Positions 20,835 through 32,538 of a DNA stretch of 64,000 nt are shown piece after piece. The notes beneath the pieces were generated by a model that was not told the origin of the DNA, made no database searches, and was given only the letters and a program-made list of their open reading frames with translations. The translations under genes and the position numbers were made by a program. Within the stretch, counting starts at the first letter, position 1. The number at the start of each line of letters is the position of its first letter. This DNA comes from Nitrospirales bacterium (GTDB lineage: Bacteria; Nitrospirota; Nitrospiria; Nitrospirales; UBA8639): the NCBI GenBank assembly GCA_963422365.1, contig OY729426.1:1024001-1088000 (forward strand), in the 5' to 3' direction.

Positions 20835-21368
20835 ATGATGAAAAAAACGATCTATAAGGGAAAAATCATCGAGCTGTCCGTGGAGACGGTGACCCTGCCG
20901 AATGGGGCCATGGCTGACCTTGAGGTCATTGCCCATCCCGGGGCCGCGGCCGTCGTGCCGATGAAAGATGACCGGACGGTGGTCATGGTCCGGCAATATC
21001 GTCATGCCGTGGGAAGCTTTATCTATGAAATTCCTGCGGGCAAGCTGCATCCCGGCGAAGACCCCCGGGATTGCGCGGTTCGGGAAGTCGAAGAAGAAAC
21101 CGGCTACAAGGTGAGGCGGTTAGAGCCGCTCCTGAGCTTTTTGACCACGCCGGGCTTTACCAACGAAATCATTCACATTTTTGTGGGAAGAGATCTCGCG
21201 TCAGGCACGCAAAACCTGGATGCGGATGAAGCTCTGGATGTCATTGAAATGCCGCTTGCCCAAGCCATGAGTCTCATCAAGGACGGCGTCGTCAAAGATG
21301 CAAAGACCATCATTGGCCTGCAGGCCACCTCTCTCAAGGTAGCAGACAAGCACGAAATCTTACCCTGA
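20835..21368 (+). CDS. NUDIX hydrolase (ADP-ribose pyrophosphatase-like)
   Basis: Nudix box GKLHPGEDPRDCAVREVEEETG. Confidence 0.92.
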   Translation: MMKKTIYKGKIIELSVETVTLPNGAMADLEVIAHPGAAAVVPMKDDRTVVMVRQYRHAVGSFIYEIPAGKLHPGEDPRDCAVREVEEETGYKVRRLEPLLSFLTTPGFTNEIIHIFVGRDLASGTQNLDADEALDVIEMPLAQAMSLIKDGVVKDAKTIIGLQATSLKVADKHEILP

Positions 21369-22373
21369 AAGTTCTGAGCCTCCCAACAGAAACCCGTCTT
21401 TTAATGGGTCGTCCGGATCGATCACAAATTCGTGACGCCCCGTGAGGTAGGCTTGGCTTTCGACTTCCGGAATAATCGCCAGAAGAGGGCCCAGTTGCGT
21501 CTCCTCCACAATTTTCCCTCCGAACCGCGTTCCCACAATGCTTTCAAACCGGAGTGATTGTCCTACTTGAAAGGTCCCTTTGGCGTGGAGGAGAGCCAAG
21601 TGTGCGCTGGCTCCGGTTCCCGTTGGCGATCGATCCAATGCGCCATTGGCAAAGATGGCCGTCTGCCGGACGTCCCCTCCAGGCGTGTGAGGCGGGCCGA
21701 CGAAGATCGTTCCATAGAGGTAGCCGAGCTCGGGTTCCGTGTGGTGGGAAATGGTACGTTCGGCCATGATGGCCTGTTTGATGGCGAGGCCCAGGTCTTA
21801 GAGGTGTCGCGCATGTCTGGGGTCAAGGGTGATGCCCAGTGCCTCAGACCGGCAAAAGGCATAGAATGCTCCGCCAAGGCTACATCATAGTCGACCGAGC
21901 CGAGACCTGGAACCTGACCGTCTGCTCCACGTCAAGAATAAAGGACGGCAGATTGAGAAAAGAGACGCGTCGAACCTTGCCTTCATCAATGGAAGCCCGT
22001 GCCGTCACCAGGCCACTGGGGGTGTCGAATCGGATCGTGGTGGTAGGGCCGGAAACAGGAAACAACCCCTGTTCCAGCATGACCGTCGTGAGCCGATGAT
22101 GCCATGCCCGCACATCGTACTGTAGCCTTCATTATGAAAAAACAGCACCCCGGTATCGGCTTGTGGGTGTGCAGGGGTGACTAACAGGCACCCATACATC
22201 TTGTGGTGGCCTCGATGTTCCCACATGAGCGCCGTGCGAAGATGGTCCAGATGTGTCCGGCAATACAGGCGTTTTTCCAGAATGGTCGAACCGGAGGGTT
22301 CTGGGAATCCTACTGTCACGACACGAAGCCCTTCTCTGGCAACATGACAGTCAAGGGTGGTGAGGGCGTGCAT
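21360..22373 (-). pseudogene. Proline racemase family protein (Cys/Thr type, trans-3-hydroxy-L-proline dehydratase-like), frameshifted
   Basis: [30 protein letters not shown] and DPDDPLKDGF in different frames. Confidence 0.85.
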
Positions 22374-22440
22374 GGGTGAGGCTGAAATACGTGAGTCCCG
22401 AGCCCGCCATGCCAATGAGCAGGACTCAAGGGAATCCTCG

Positions 22441-23097
22441 TCAGGCGTACGGTTCAGTCATGAACCAACCGGCGATCGAAAGCCGTTTGTGGTCATCCGC
22501 TAACGCATCGACCCGACACACGCGATGGAAACGGGGCACGGCAAAGAGGGCGAGCAATCCTGGTTGCGGGGCGATGCAGTGTGTCACTTCCAAAACACGG
22601 TTCCTCTGTGGGTCCTTCTTGGCATGATAGAGGATGAGTTCCCCGCCCCAATCGGTGTTCCATTCGGAATGGAGATACGTAGCCAGGGCCAGCCGCCGGA
22701 GGGGCGGTGGGCAGTGACGGTGGGCGGCATAGGCTTCATTCGTATCATCATGCGTCGGAAGACAGTCTCCAGCACCATAGGAATAGTAATTAAAATTCAC
22801 GTGCCGTTGCCTGACGTTGGGAAAGGAGTCCATGTAATCCGCAATGCAAGGCAGTGACAATTTGTCAAGAAAGAGTTGCCGCTCGCAAGGGCCGATTTCG
22901 GCCTTCAGCCAATTGCCTGAATGGGGGAAGGCTCGGGACACCGTCGGCATGTCCAGCAGGCCCATCCAGGTCGAATGAGTCATCGCTGCTCTAAAAGTGT
23001 TCATTTCCTTTTCAGTCCAAAAATTTTCCAGCACCAGCACCGGGTCTTTCTGAAAAGAGAATTTCTTGGGATTAAATTGATGAAACTGAACTTTCAT
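22441..23097 (-). CDS. 2OG-Fe(II) oxygenase, Tpa1/OGFOD1-like (2OG-FeII_Oxy_3)
   Basis: HDD iron motif, [10 protein letters not shown]...[17 protein letters not shown]. Confidence 0.88.
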   Translation of the reverse strand: MKVQFHQFNPKKFSFQKDPVLVLENFWTEKEMNTFRAAMTHSTWMGLLDMPTVSRAFPHSGNWLKAEIGPCERQLFLDKLSLPCIADYMDSFPNVRQRHVNFNYYSYGAGDCLPTHDDTNEAYAAHRHCPPPLRRLALATYLHSEWNTDWGGELILYHAKKDPQRNRVLEVTHCIAPQPGLLALFAVPRFHRVCRVDALADDHKRLSIAGWFMTEPYA

Positions 23098-23174
23098 GAA
23101 CGGACCTCAAGCTTGCATGACGCAAGCAGGACAAGTAGTGTTCGTCAAAGAGTAAGGGAACGGGAGGGGTAGGG

Positions 23175-24829
23175 TCAAGAAAGCGCAGGCTTTGGCTGAG
23201 ACAGGCGTTTGGCTAATCGACGTGCCACCCGGGTTATGGCGGTGGAGTGATCCTTGGGGTCGAGGATCACGTTGAGGATATGCAGGTGGTGGGCGTCTGC
23301 CATGGCCGAATCCAGGGCCTGCACAAAGGCTCCGAACGTCTCGACCCGATGCCCGATGCCGCTGCCAATTAATGCGCAGATTTTGTCATAGTGCCATTGA
23401 TGAATGTCATGAAACGGACCTTCTAAAATTTTTCGTTCGGTCGCATAGCCGCGGTTATTGAGAATGATGATAATGGGTGTGTGATGGTTTCGAAGACAGG
23501 TCGAGATCTCGGTCCCGGTCATCTAAAACGCGCCATCGCCGACCAAGACCAGCGGCCTCAGGGACAGATCGGCAAATCCTGCGCCAAGCGCAGCGGGGAG
23601 GCTAAACCCCATGGATGTATAGTAGGCCGGAGAAAGAAACTCAGTGCTTCTCCGCACGTATAGACCTGCGGCAGCAAAGAGTGATTTACCCACATCGGCA
23701 ATCACCACGGTGCTCATCCAGGTATCCAAACATATTGTGAAGGGTGACGGGAGCGTCCGTCGAAGGCGCTTCAAATTTGCCGCGATCCTGAACGGGCAGG
23801 GGGTGAGGCGGAAACGAGGGCAGCGGGGTGGCCGAAAGCGCTCGGATGAAGTCCTCGAATCGAACGCCCTCATAGCGATGGTGCTTAATGGCCATCGAAT
23901 CGGCTGTTGCATGAAGCGTTCGTCCCGTGGCTAATACACTGGAATGGACTTTGACGTCTTCAATGTCCGTCAGGAGCGTGCCCAGGTCAGCAAGCAATCG
24001 GCTTGATCCACAAATTCCAAAATTTCGTCATGACCTACGAGACCGCCATATGCGCCGAGGTACAAGGGGGTGATCTTCTCGAATGACCGATTTGCCGAGC
24101 AACGTCGTTGCCACGGGCATGCCCATGCGTTCGACCAAAGCCGTGAGCTCGTGCTGGAGTCCGAACCGGTAAATTTCCGCGCCGGCCAAAATCACCGGTC
24201 GTTCCGATTCTGAAAGAATGCCCCCGGACTTCGGCAATCGCTTCCTTTAACTCGGCGGGTTTGCTTTCACATTCCGTCACCGTGGGAGGCGTGGAGTAAG
24301 AAATCTGAACGGGGGTGAGTACCACGTCACGAGGAATTTCCCAATAGATCGGCCGCTTGTCTTTCAGTAGGCGGTCAGGGCGCGATCGATCTCCCGTTCG
24401 GCGGTGAGGGGATCGTCCAGATCACCGATGCGACGGTGACTTTTTCAAACCCGTTTCGTTGGGTGGAAAAGTTTCGAAACCTGTGACGAAGAAAAGGGGG
24501 TACCAATCGTTCCGCAAGCCCCGGCGAACCCGACAGCATCACGACCGGCGACTGCTCCGCATAATAGGCGCAGGCAATGGCATTGACGATAGTAAGCCCG
24601 CCGACGCAATACCTGACACAGGCCCCGCCTATTCCATGGAGCCGCGCATAGGCATCAGCCGCAAACCCGGTGCCATGTTCACGGGTCGTCCCAAGTGCTC
24701 AATGGGTGATACTTCGATCAGCTTGTAGAGCGTGAGGACATATTCCCCAGGAACGCCGAAGATATGCTTCAGCCCAAGCTGGTCTAGACGATCCAGCAAA
24801 AGCGAGTCGATGGTGTGAACCGTACTCAT
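23175..24829 (-). pseudogene. TPP-dependent alpha-keto acid (indolepyruvate-like) decarboxylase, pseudogene
   Basis: HIFGVPGEY, TLLGKSVIREDHP, SPAYYTSMGF, LVGDGAF*MTG (in-frame stop), ILNNRGY; many frameshifts. Confidence 0.9.
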
Positions 24830-24890
24830 GTCCCGTCCTCTTCGCTCATCATCAGGATCTCCGAAGATGTGGTGCGCGGGAGAGACGGTG

Positions 24891-26153
24891 TTACGTCTGA
24901 TGTTCCAACCGATCAAGCACTGCGGCTCCCACCGCATCTCCCCAGACGTTGACCGTCGTGCGGCAGCGGTCAAGCAACCAATCGATCACGAGAATGAGTG
25001 CAATGCCTTCAATGGGAAGGTTCACGGCTTTGAGGACGATCACCATGGTGACAAGGCCGGCTTCAGGGATGCCGGCGGCTCCGATAGCGGCTAATGTCGC
25101 CGTCAGTACGATAATAACCGTGTGGGCGAAGCTGAGTTCGATGCCATAGGACTGCGCAATAAACACGGCAGCCACTGCCTCGTAGAGGGCCGTGCCGTTC
25201 ATGTTGATCGTGGCGCCTAAGGGGAGCACGAAGCGCGCGGTTCGTGATGAAATCCCGTGTTCATCGATAACGGCTTCCATGGTGAGAGGGAGCGTGGCGG
25301 AGCTTGAACTGGTAGAGAATGCGGTCGTGAGCGCGGTCCCGAGATTTCTTGCGTATTTGAGGACGCTTTGCTTCCCAATGACGTGAAGGATAAGAGGAAG
25401 CACCAGGAGAGCATGAATCAATAACGCCAGAAAGACGGTGCCGGCATAGGCCCCTAATTGAACCAATTGCGGCCAAAAGCCGCTGAACCCTCCTGCCTCG
25501 CCTAAACGGCCGGCAATCAAGGCGCCGATGCCAATGGGTGCGGCCCACATCAACAGATGCACCATGGCCATGATGGCCCCGTTCACCCCTGCAAAAAATC
25601 GGATGACGAATGCGCCTTGTTCCCCAAGTGTCGTGAGGACTCCGCCGAATATCAGAGAAAAAACAATCAATGGCAGCACGTCCGCGTTGGCCATGGCCGA
25701 GAACAGATTTTTGGGGATGAGCCCAATCAAGATCGTCCGAAGCAACTCGGTGACGTTGGCGGGTTTATCCTCTAATCGTTCAGAGACCGTGGTCATGTCG
25801 CCGAGGGCGGATCCAGCCGTTTCTTGAGCCCCCGGCTGAATCAGTAAGACCAGCACCAGCCCGATGATGACCGCGCTGCCCGTGGTCATCATGAAATAGA
25901 GGATCGTACGGCCGCCGAGCGGGCCGAGTCGTCGCACGTCGCCCAAGCTGCTGACTCCGACGATCATGGAACTGATGACGAGAGGAACCACCATCACGAA
26001 TAGGGCTTTGAGAAATAATTCTCCAAGGAACGAAACGGAGTGTCCTATGACTGGGAAGGCTCCGCCGAGGATGGTTCCACCCCCGATTCCGAACAGGATG
26101 GCCCACAGCAGCGGGTTTGGCGATTTTGTTTTCAAGGTGTGTTCAATCATCAA
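24891..26153 (-). CDS. Dicarboxylate/amino acid:cation symporter (DAACS)
   Basis: TSSSSATLP, GATINMNGT, AAGIPEAG, DRCRTTVNVWGD. Confidence 0.95.
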   Translation of the reverse strand: MMIEHTLKTKSPNPLLWAILFGIGGGTILGGAFPVIGHSVSFLGELFLKALFVMVVPLVISSMIVGVSSLGDVRRLGPLGGRTILYFMMTTGSAVIIGLVLVLLIQPGAQETAGSALGDMTTVSERLEDKPANVTELLRTILIGLIPKNLFSAMANADVLPLIVFSLIFGGVLTTLGEQGAFVIRFFAGVNGAIMAMVHLLMWAAPIGIGALIAGRLGEAGGFSGFWPQLVQLGAYAGTVFLALLIHALLVLPLILHVIGKQSVLKYARNLGTALTTAFSTSSSSATLPLTMEAVIDEHGISSRTARFVLPLGATINMNGTALYEAVAAVFIAQSYGIELSFAHTVIIVLTATLAAIGAAGIPEAGLVTMVIVLKAVNLPIEGIALILVIDWLLDRCRTTVNVWGDAVGAAVLDRLEHQT

Positions 26154-26186
26154 GCGCTGGTGAAATCTTCAGGCTGCATCCTGAGT

Positions 26187-29078
26187 TTAGGATTCTTGAT
26201 AATGATCGAGTGGAGGGCACGTGCAGATGACGTGGCGATCTCCATACGCACTATCGATGCGTGAGACGGACGGCCAGAATTTAGCGTCGCGGAGCCACGG
26301 CAGGGGGAAGGCCGCCTGTGCACGGCTATACGGACGATTCCAGTTCGGGTTCGTGACGGCTTCAATCGTATGCGGGGCATTTTTCAAGGGATTGTCGTCT
26401 TGCGGGAGTCGCCCTTCTTCAATGGCTGCAATTTCTTTTCGAATCGTCAGTAGCGCGTCGCAATACCGATCGAGTTCCGCCTTGGATTCGCTTTCCGTGG
26501 GTTCAATCATCATGGTGCCGGCTACGGGCCATGAAATGGTCGGGGCGTGGAATCCAAAATCCATGAGGCGTTTGCCAAGATCTTCCACTTCAATAGCCGC
26601 CGACTTTTTAAACGGTCGCAAATCGACAATAAATTCATGGGCACACAAGTTGCCTTTTCCACGGTACAGGATGGAAAAATTTTTTTCCAGTCGCTTGGCC
26701 ATGTAATTGGCAGTGAGAATCGCGATGTTGGTAGCTTGGGTCAATCCTTTTCCGCCCATGAGGGCCATAAAGGCCCAGGAAATCGGCAGAATACTCGGGC
26801 TCCCATATGGTGCCGCGGATATCGACCCAATGCCGTGTGCTCCCCCTGTGTTGTGCATCGGATGTCCCGGCAAAAACGGAACCAGATGCCCGGCAACGGC
26901 AAGCGGCCCCATCCCCGGACCGCCGCCCCCGTGAGGAATGCAAAAGGTCTTGTGCAAGTTGAGATGACAGACATCGGCGCCGATATCGGCAGGTCGGCAT
27001 AGGCCAACCATCGCGTTCATGTTCGCGCCATCCAGATAGACTTGCCCGCCGTATTCATGCACAATTTGACAGACTGCTTGAATCGTTTCTTCAAACACTC
27101 CGTGCGTCGAAGGGTACGTCACCATGAGGGCGGCCAACGTGTTGTGATGGCAGTCGGCCTTGTCGCGCAAATCGACAAGATCGATATTCCCGTGTTCGTC
27201 ACAAGCCACGGGAACAACTTGCAGGCCGGCAATCACCGCACTCGCGGGGTTCGTCCCGTGAGCAGACGACGGGATCAGACAAATATTCCTGTGCCCTTGC
27301 CCTTGGTTCTCGTGATACGCCCGAATGACCAGCAGTCCGGCATATTCCCCCTGGGAGCCGGCATTGGGTTGGAGTGAGACTGCCGAATACCCCGTGATTT
27401 CCGAGAGCCACGTCCCCAATTCCTTGAATAGACGGGTGTACCCTTCAGTTTGTTCAGCAGGGGCAAAGGGATGAATACGACTGAATTCCGGCCATGTCAC
27501 GGGGAGCATTTCCGCTGTTGCGTTGAGCTTCATGGTGCAGGAGCCCAGGGGAATCATGGAATGCACCAGCGAGAGGTCTCGCGACTGAAGCCGATACATG
27601 TAGCGTAACAGCTCATGTTCGGAATGATACTGATGAAAGACTGCGTGCGTCAGAAAGGGGGTTGTGCGAGCAAAGGGGGCTGGCAACGAGACGGAGCGTG
27701 TTTCCGCCAGTTCTTTTGCCGTAAACCATAACCGACCATCTTTTGAAAACGTTTTCCATAGGGTCTCCACGTCATCCATGGTCGTGGTTTCATCCAATGC
27801 GATGCCGAAGGAGCCATCTGCAAAGTCTCGAAGGTTGAGACGATGCTGCTCTGCTCGGCTGCGAATCAGGTCTGCCTGGAGCGCGTCGGTGGATACCCGC
27901 AACGTATCAAAAAAGAGTTCGTCGGGAACCTGACATCGGAGACGGGTCAAGCCCTCGGCGAGGACGACGGTCAAGCCGTGGACGCGTTCGGCAATGCGTT
28001 TCAGCCCGCTGGGTCCGTGATACACGGCATACATGCTGGCAATATTGGCCAACAACACCTGAGCGGTACAGATATTACTCGTGGCTCGGTCGCGACGAAT
28101 ATGTTGCTCGCGGGTCTGTAACGCGAGCCGGTAAGCCGTTCGTCCATGACTATCTTTGGATACACCGACGATTCTTCCAGGTATTTGTCGCTTGTAGGCT
28201 TCTCGCGTGGCCAGGAATGCGGCATGCGGGCCTCCGAATCCTAACGGGACCCCAAAGCGTTGGCTGGATCCCACGGCGATATCCGCGCCGAATTCTCCTG
28301 GGGGTTTGAAGAGAGTGAGCGCGAGCAAATCGGTGGCGACCACGACCTGTGTGCCCGCTTCATGGGCTCGCTGAACCAGATCGTGGTAATCGCGAAGCGT
28401 GCCATCCGTGGTGGGATATTGGAGAAGGAGCCCACAATATGCCCCCTGTTCCCAGTCGATTCCATCGACCGTGCCGATATCCAAATGGAGCCCGAGCGAT
28501 TCAGCGCGCGTCCGAACCACGGCAAGTGTTTGCGGGTGACACCCATGAGAAGCGAAAAACGCCCGTCGATTCGGCCCGCTAATGGCTTTGCACATGGCCA
28601 TGGCTTCCGCTGCGGCGGTCCCTTCGTCCAGCAGTGAAGCATTGGCCAAGGGGAGGCTGGTAAGATCAGCCACCATCGTTTGAAAATTGAGGAGGGCTTC
28701 CAAACGTCCTTGGGCAATTTCTGCTTGATAGGGGGTGTACTGGGTGTACCACGCCGGATTTTCCAACATATTTCGGAGAATGACCGGGGGCGTGTGACAA
28801 TCGTAATACCCCATCCCAATAAACGAACGGAACACCTGATTCTGTTGGGCCATGTGCTGAAGGTCGGATAAGACCTCCTGCTCGCTCCGTGGGGCCGGCA
28901 AGTTGAGCGATGCCTGAAGGCGAATGTCATCTGGGATAGCGGCATGGACCAGCGCCTCCAGTGACGGTAAGCCGAGGGCCACCAACATCTCCTGAATTTC
29001 AGCTTCTGTCGGCCCCACGTGCCGATTCAGGAAAATCTCTGAGGGCGCGAACCAACTCTGTGCGGTGCGGTCAGTCAT
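26187..29078 (-). CDS. gcvP: Glycine dehydrogenase (decarboxylating), single-chain P protein
   Basis: [43 protein letters not shown]. Confidence 0.97.
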   Translation of the reverse strand: MTDRTAQSWFAPSEIFLNRHVGPTEAEIQEMLVALGLPSLEALVHAAIPDDIRLQASLNLPAPRSEQEVLSDLQHMAQQNQVFRSFIGMGYYDCHTPPVILRNMLENPAWYTQYTPYQAEIAQGRLEALLNFQTMVADLTSLPLANASLLDEGTAAAEAMAMCKAISGPNRRAFFASHGCHPQTLAVVRTRAESLGLHLDIGTVDGIDWEQGAYCGLLLQYPTTDGTLRDYHDLVQRAHEAGTQVVVATDLLALTLFKPPGEFGADIAVGSSQRFGVPLGFGGPHAAFLATREAYKRQIPGRIVGVSKDSHGRTAYRLALQTREQHIRRDRATSNICTAQVLLANIASMYAVYHGPSGLKRIAERVHGLTVVLAEGLTRLRCQVPDELFFDTLRVSTDALQADLIRSRAEQHRLNLRDFADGSFGIALDETTTMDDVETLWKTFSKDGRLWFTAKELAETRSVSLPAPFARTTPFLTHAVFHQYHSEHELLRYMYRLQSRDLSLVHSMIPLGSCTMKLNATAEMLPVTWPEFSRIHPFAPAEQTEGYTRLFKELGTWLSEITGYSAVSLQPNAGSQGEYAGLLVIRAYHENQGQGHRNICLIPSSAHGTNPASAVIAGLQVVPVACDEHGNIDLVDLRDKADCHHNTLAALMVTYPSTHGVFEETIQAVCQIVHEYGGQVYLDGANMNAMVGLCRPADIGADVCHLNLHKTFCIPHGGGGPGMGPLAVAGHLVPFLPGHPMHNTGGAHGIGSISAAPYGSPSILPISWAFMALMGGKGLTQATNIAILTANYMAKRLEKNFSILYRGKGNLCAHEFIVDLRPFKKSAAIEVEDLGKRLMDFGFHAPTISWPVAGTMMIEPTESESKAELDRYCDALLTIRKEIAAIEEGRLPQDDNPLKNAPHTIEAVTNPNWNRPYSRAQAAFPLPWLRDAKFWPSVSRIDSAYGDRHVICTCPPLDHYQES

Positions 29079-29436
29079 GAATCGCGGAAAGGGCGATGCC
29101 CTGTCTGGCCTGAAAATAGTTTCATGGGGTTCTTTTCAGGTTCTTTTCAGTGAGAAGGATAGGAAACAGGTGTCGTGAGACAGCAAATGCGATTAAAAAA
29201 TGTTCAACGAATATGAAGAGGTTGATGCGGCGGTTACTTGTGTTGTTGTTCCGTGGCCGAGCGCACATGCTCTCAATATGAATTTCAAGATTATCATGGT
29301 TTCGCGGACCCTGCCAAGTGGCAGTTGTGCCTTGGCACATTCGTCCACTTCGAAGGCAGAGAGTCGTATCGAGTGAGGAAGGGCCACGCCTAAAACGCTA
29401 TCGATGTTTTTTTATATGGCGGCAAAACGTCACGCA

Positions 29437-29449
29437 AATCAACGAGTTA
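29437..29449 (+). promoter_or_regulatory. IHF-consensus site in the gcvP/amidohydrolase divergent region
   Basis: AATCAACGAGTTA matches WATCAANNNNTTR exactly. Confidence 0.35.
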
Positions 29450-29529
29450 TACTTTTTATCGCTTGAAAAATTTTCGAGGTTCCGGTACAGAGAGATAGAA
29501 CACTTCCGACTTGTACGCAGGGGTGCACG

Positions 29530-30840
29530 ATGATCGTTCTCTCCAACATCAAAAAATTATATGACGGGACCTCAAGCACCGTTGCGGCGGTTCATGAAAG
29601 GGTCGATGTGTGGGTTGAAGGGGGCACCATAGAAGCGGTGCACCCGCATGAGGCGCAGCCTTCTCACGGCCAAGGTGTTCGCCGCATTGATTGTTCCGTA
29701 CTCACCGCGACGCCGGGGCTTATCGATTGCCATAGTCATGTCACCGTGTTGGGCATCCGCGATGAAGACTTGGCTGCCGTGAATGGGCCGGCCGGCCTGC
29801 TCTATACGGAGCGGATTCTCTATGCCACGTTGGTCCAGGGCGGGGTCACGACCGTTCGTGACGTGGGAGGCGCCACGCATGTGGTGAAACGATTGGTGGA
29901 TGAAGGGCTCCTCATCGGGCCTCGTTTGAAAATTGCCATTTGCATGTTGTCGACGACCGGCGGCCATGCGGATTTTCGAGGCACGGACCGGTGCCATGAG
30001 ACGGTCTCCCGGTTATGGCCCGCCGGACCCGGTCGTCCCTCGAGTCTCGTAGATGGGCCCTGGGAATGTCGAAAGCGAGTTCGTGAAATCGCCGCGTGTG
30101 GCGGAGACTTGGTAAAAATTTGTACGAGCCCCGGGGTCGTGTCTCCCTCGGATAAATTAGAGCATCGGGATTTCACGCAAGCGGAAATTGAAGCGATTTG
30201 TGACGAAGCCGCAGGTCGCGGCATGATGGTCGCGGCTCATGCCCATAGTCAGCGTGGCATCGAATTGGCCATTGATTGCGGGGTGCATGATATTCAGCAC
30301 ATCTCGTTTCTGAATGACGCCTTAGCGGAAAAAGCCTATGCCAAGGGATGTACGGTGACTCCAACATCATGGATCAATTATGAGCTTCCCCAGGTCGAGG
30401 GCTTCTCTCCTTTTGTCGCTGAGAAAGTGCAACAGGTGGCTCAGGTGCATGCCGAAGCCGTTAGAATTGCGCAGGCGAGTGGTCTGAATATGATCACGGG
30501 GACGGACCCAATCCTTCCCCGTATGCATGGCCGAAATTATATGGAGATGGTCTCGCTGATCAAGGACGGCTTACCTCCCTTGTCGGCGTGGTATAGCGGG
30601 ACTGGGCTCGCTGCCGAGCGCATTGGACAACACGATGCCGGCAAATTACTGCCGGGGTATCGGGCCGACATCCTGCTCAGCCAGGGTGACGTCATTGCAG
30701 AGCCACACTTATTTGATCAGGGGGCGTTAGTGGAAGTGGTAAAAGACGGAATAGGCTATCGCGGCTCCCTAAGCGGAGTTCCGCAGAAAACCTTTCGCTC
30801 AGGGGTACACGATCTGCTCGCAGTTTCCCTTTCCGAATAG
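29530..30840 (+). CDS. Metal-dependent amidohydrolase (Xaa-Pro dipeptidase-like subgroup)
   Basis: PGLIDCHSH, GVTTVRDVGG, TGGHAD, AAHAH, GTD. Confidence 0.88.
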   Translation: MIVLSNIKKLYDGTSSTVAAVHERVDVWVEGGTIEAVHPHEAQPSHGQGVRRIDCSVLTATPGLIDCHSHVTVLGIRDEDLAAVNGPAGLLYTERILYATLVQGGVTTVRDVGGATHVVKRLVDEGLLIGPRLKIAICMLSTTGGHADFRGTDRCHETVSRLWPAGPGRPSSLVDGPWECRKRVREIAACGGDLVKICTSPGVVSPSDKLEHRDFTQAEIEAICDEAAGRGMMVAAHAHSQRGIELAIDCGVHDIQHISFLNDALAEKAYAKGCTVTPTSWINYELPQVEGFSPFVAEKVQQVAQVHAEAVRIAQASGLNMITGTDPILPRMHGRNYMEMVSLIKDGLPPLSAWYSGTGLAAERIGQHDAGKLLPGYRADILLSQGDVIAEPHLFDQGALVEVVKDGIGYRGSLSGVPQKTFRSGVHDLLAVSLSE

Positions 30841-30857
30841 CCGAATAGAAGAGAGCG

Positions 30858-31436
30858 TCAGGACGGTTGGATTTCCGGTTTGGAGAAGTCTTGCTGAGGG
30901 TCATCTTGCATGTCCACGACGAGGTCTCCCTTCGGCGAGAAAAAGCCTTGCCCATCAATCTGGACAATCCCATTACAGTTCTCTTGAAAGAATTCTAAGA
31001 TCCACCCATTGAAATCATAGCCCTCATCGGTGATATCGTTTTTCAGGATTCGAGTTGCAAAAATAAAGTTGGCTCGCACGACGAATTCTTTCGCCAGCTC
31101 GGCCTCCACATCACCAAAGGCGGACAGGTGCGAGGAAAACCCTATTTGTTCTTGTTCAAAGACGTCTTGATAGGTGCCTGTATTGCGAATGCAAAACAGT
31201 TGAAGCGGTTTTCTTTCACGGTGATACCCGAGAGCCACTTGGACCCATGAATACTCATCGAGCACCTCAGGAGCCATTTGGGGTATGAGGGGTACTTGGC
31301 TTTTTGATTTTAAAAAATCTAACAAAAGGCGGAGAGGGGGAGGGTCCTTTCGTTGGCAAAATACACGGGAATAGAAAAACTCGTTCCCCGCGTCATCAGA
31401 TTTTGTCAGTGAAATGACGGATAATTTTTTTCCCAT
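30858..31436 (-). CDS. Hypothetical protein
   Basis: 192-aa ORF with GGGGG RBS; no motif recognised. Confidence 0.7.
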   Translation of the reverse strand: MGKKLSVISLTKSDDAGNEFFYSRVFCQRKDPPPLRLLLDFLKSKSQVPLIPQMAPEVLDEYSWVQVALGYHRERKPLQLFCIRNTGTYQDVFEQEQIGFSSHLSAFGDVEAELAKEFVVRANFIFATRILKNDITDEGYDFNGWILEFFQENCNGIVQIDGQGFFSPKGDLVVDMQDDPQQDFSKPEIQPS

Positions 31437-31730
31437 GGCATACCCCCTTCAATTGGATGACTCAGATTGCATTCACTGTACCGTGGTCGGACCATACGCT
31501 TCAAGGAAACGAATCGATTGTTTAGGTAAAATTCGGTGATGGATCGCATCATGAAAGGGTTTTGTCGTTGACAGGGTCTCATGCTTTCGATAGACTCCGC
31601 TCCACGTTATCGGAGCGGCGTTTGCTGCAGTCAAGACCATTAAGCATTGTAAGATATCTTCCATCTACGCTGATTTGACCGATGTTTTATCCTTCAAACA
31701 TTTTTTTGTTTTGTTGAAGAGGAGCTTCCA

Positions 31731-32018
31731 ATGGCTAAAGCTATGACCAAGTCACAGATCGTCGATCATTTAGCTACGAAGTCTGGAGTGACCAAGAAGA
31801 TCACGAGCGAAATACTCGATAACTTGGCTGCCTTGGCTTATAAAGAATCGAAACACTCTTTTACCGTGCCTGGCCTCGGAAAGTTAGTCCTGTCTCATCG
31901 GAAAGCTCGAACCGGAAGAAATCCCCAAACCGGTGAACCGATCAGGATTCCAGCCAAGAAAGTGGTGAAGTTCAGGGTTGCCAAAGTCGCGAAAGATTCC
32001 ATCTTAGGTAAGAAATAA
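31731..32018 (+). CDS. hup: HU family DNA-binding protein
   Basis: MTKSQ..., RKARTGRNPQTGEPIRIPAKKVVKF. Confidence 0.95.
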   Translation: MAKAMTKSQIVDHLATKSGVTKKITSEILDNLAALAYKESKHSFTVPGLGKLVLSHRKARTGRNPQTGEPIRIPAKKVVKFRVAKVAKDSILGKK

Positions 32019-32199
32019 TTTTTCCTCGGCAGAGAAGAGATTTTGTAACGGCGAGATCGTGGGAGCATCCTGTCTTGAGCATATGTTGTCACGAGATGAC
32101 GGTTTCTTGCTATCAGGAAAAATAATAAAAACCGTCTCGCCAACCTCCTCATGTTTTGCTTGTCTTACAACCCGTCAAGAGAGCGGGTAGCTCAGAATT

Positions 32200-32475
32200 T
32201 TAATAAAACGAAGCCCCCAACCCTTTCGTCCCCATTCCATCATGGGCCACGAGGCTGATTTCGTCTCCGTCGTGGACGTGGGTATCTTCGCTCGCCACTC
32301 TTCGATTGACCGTTACCATCACCTTATGTTCTCGTAAGAGTCTTGTGACCTGTCGAAGTTTCCGCCCCTGCTGTTTAATAAGTTGTTTGACCGAAAGGGG
32401 ATCTTCCAGTTCACAGGATAAATTTCGTTCGCCATCCGATGCTTCTAAATTTCCCATAAGGGTTATAGTGACCAT
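32200..32475 (-). CDS. MoaD/ThiS family ubiquitin-like protein
   Basis: VTVN......VHDGDEISL beta-grasp pattern; lacks a terminal GG. Confidence 0.7.
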   Translation of the reverse strand: MVTITLMGNLEASDGERNLSCELEDPLSVKQLIKQQGRKLRQVTRLLREHKVMVTVNRRVASEDTHVHDGDEISLVAHDGMGTKGLGASFY

Positions 32476-32538
32476 CAACAGCCTCTTTTCTTTCAACATG
32501 ACCAAACGGTATAGCCAGAACGAACAGAGCCGCCTCTG

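Noticed and set aside
29079..29400. Possible glycine riboswitch upstream of gcvP
   Set aside because: Could not find the conserved GGAGA / CCGAAG / CTCTCAGG elements; an Infernal search with the Rfam glycine model would settle it.
32180..32200. GCGGGTAGCTCAG resembling a tRNA 5' end
   Set aside because: No anticodon arm, T-loop or acceptor stem follows; it runs straight into a CDS stop.
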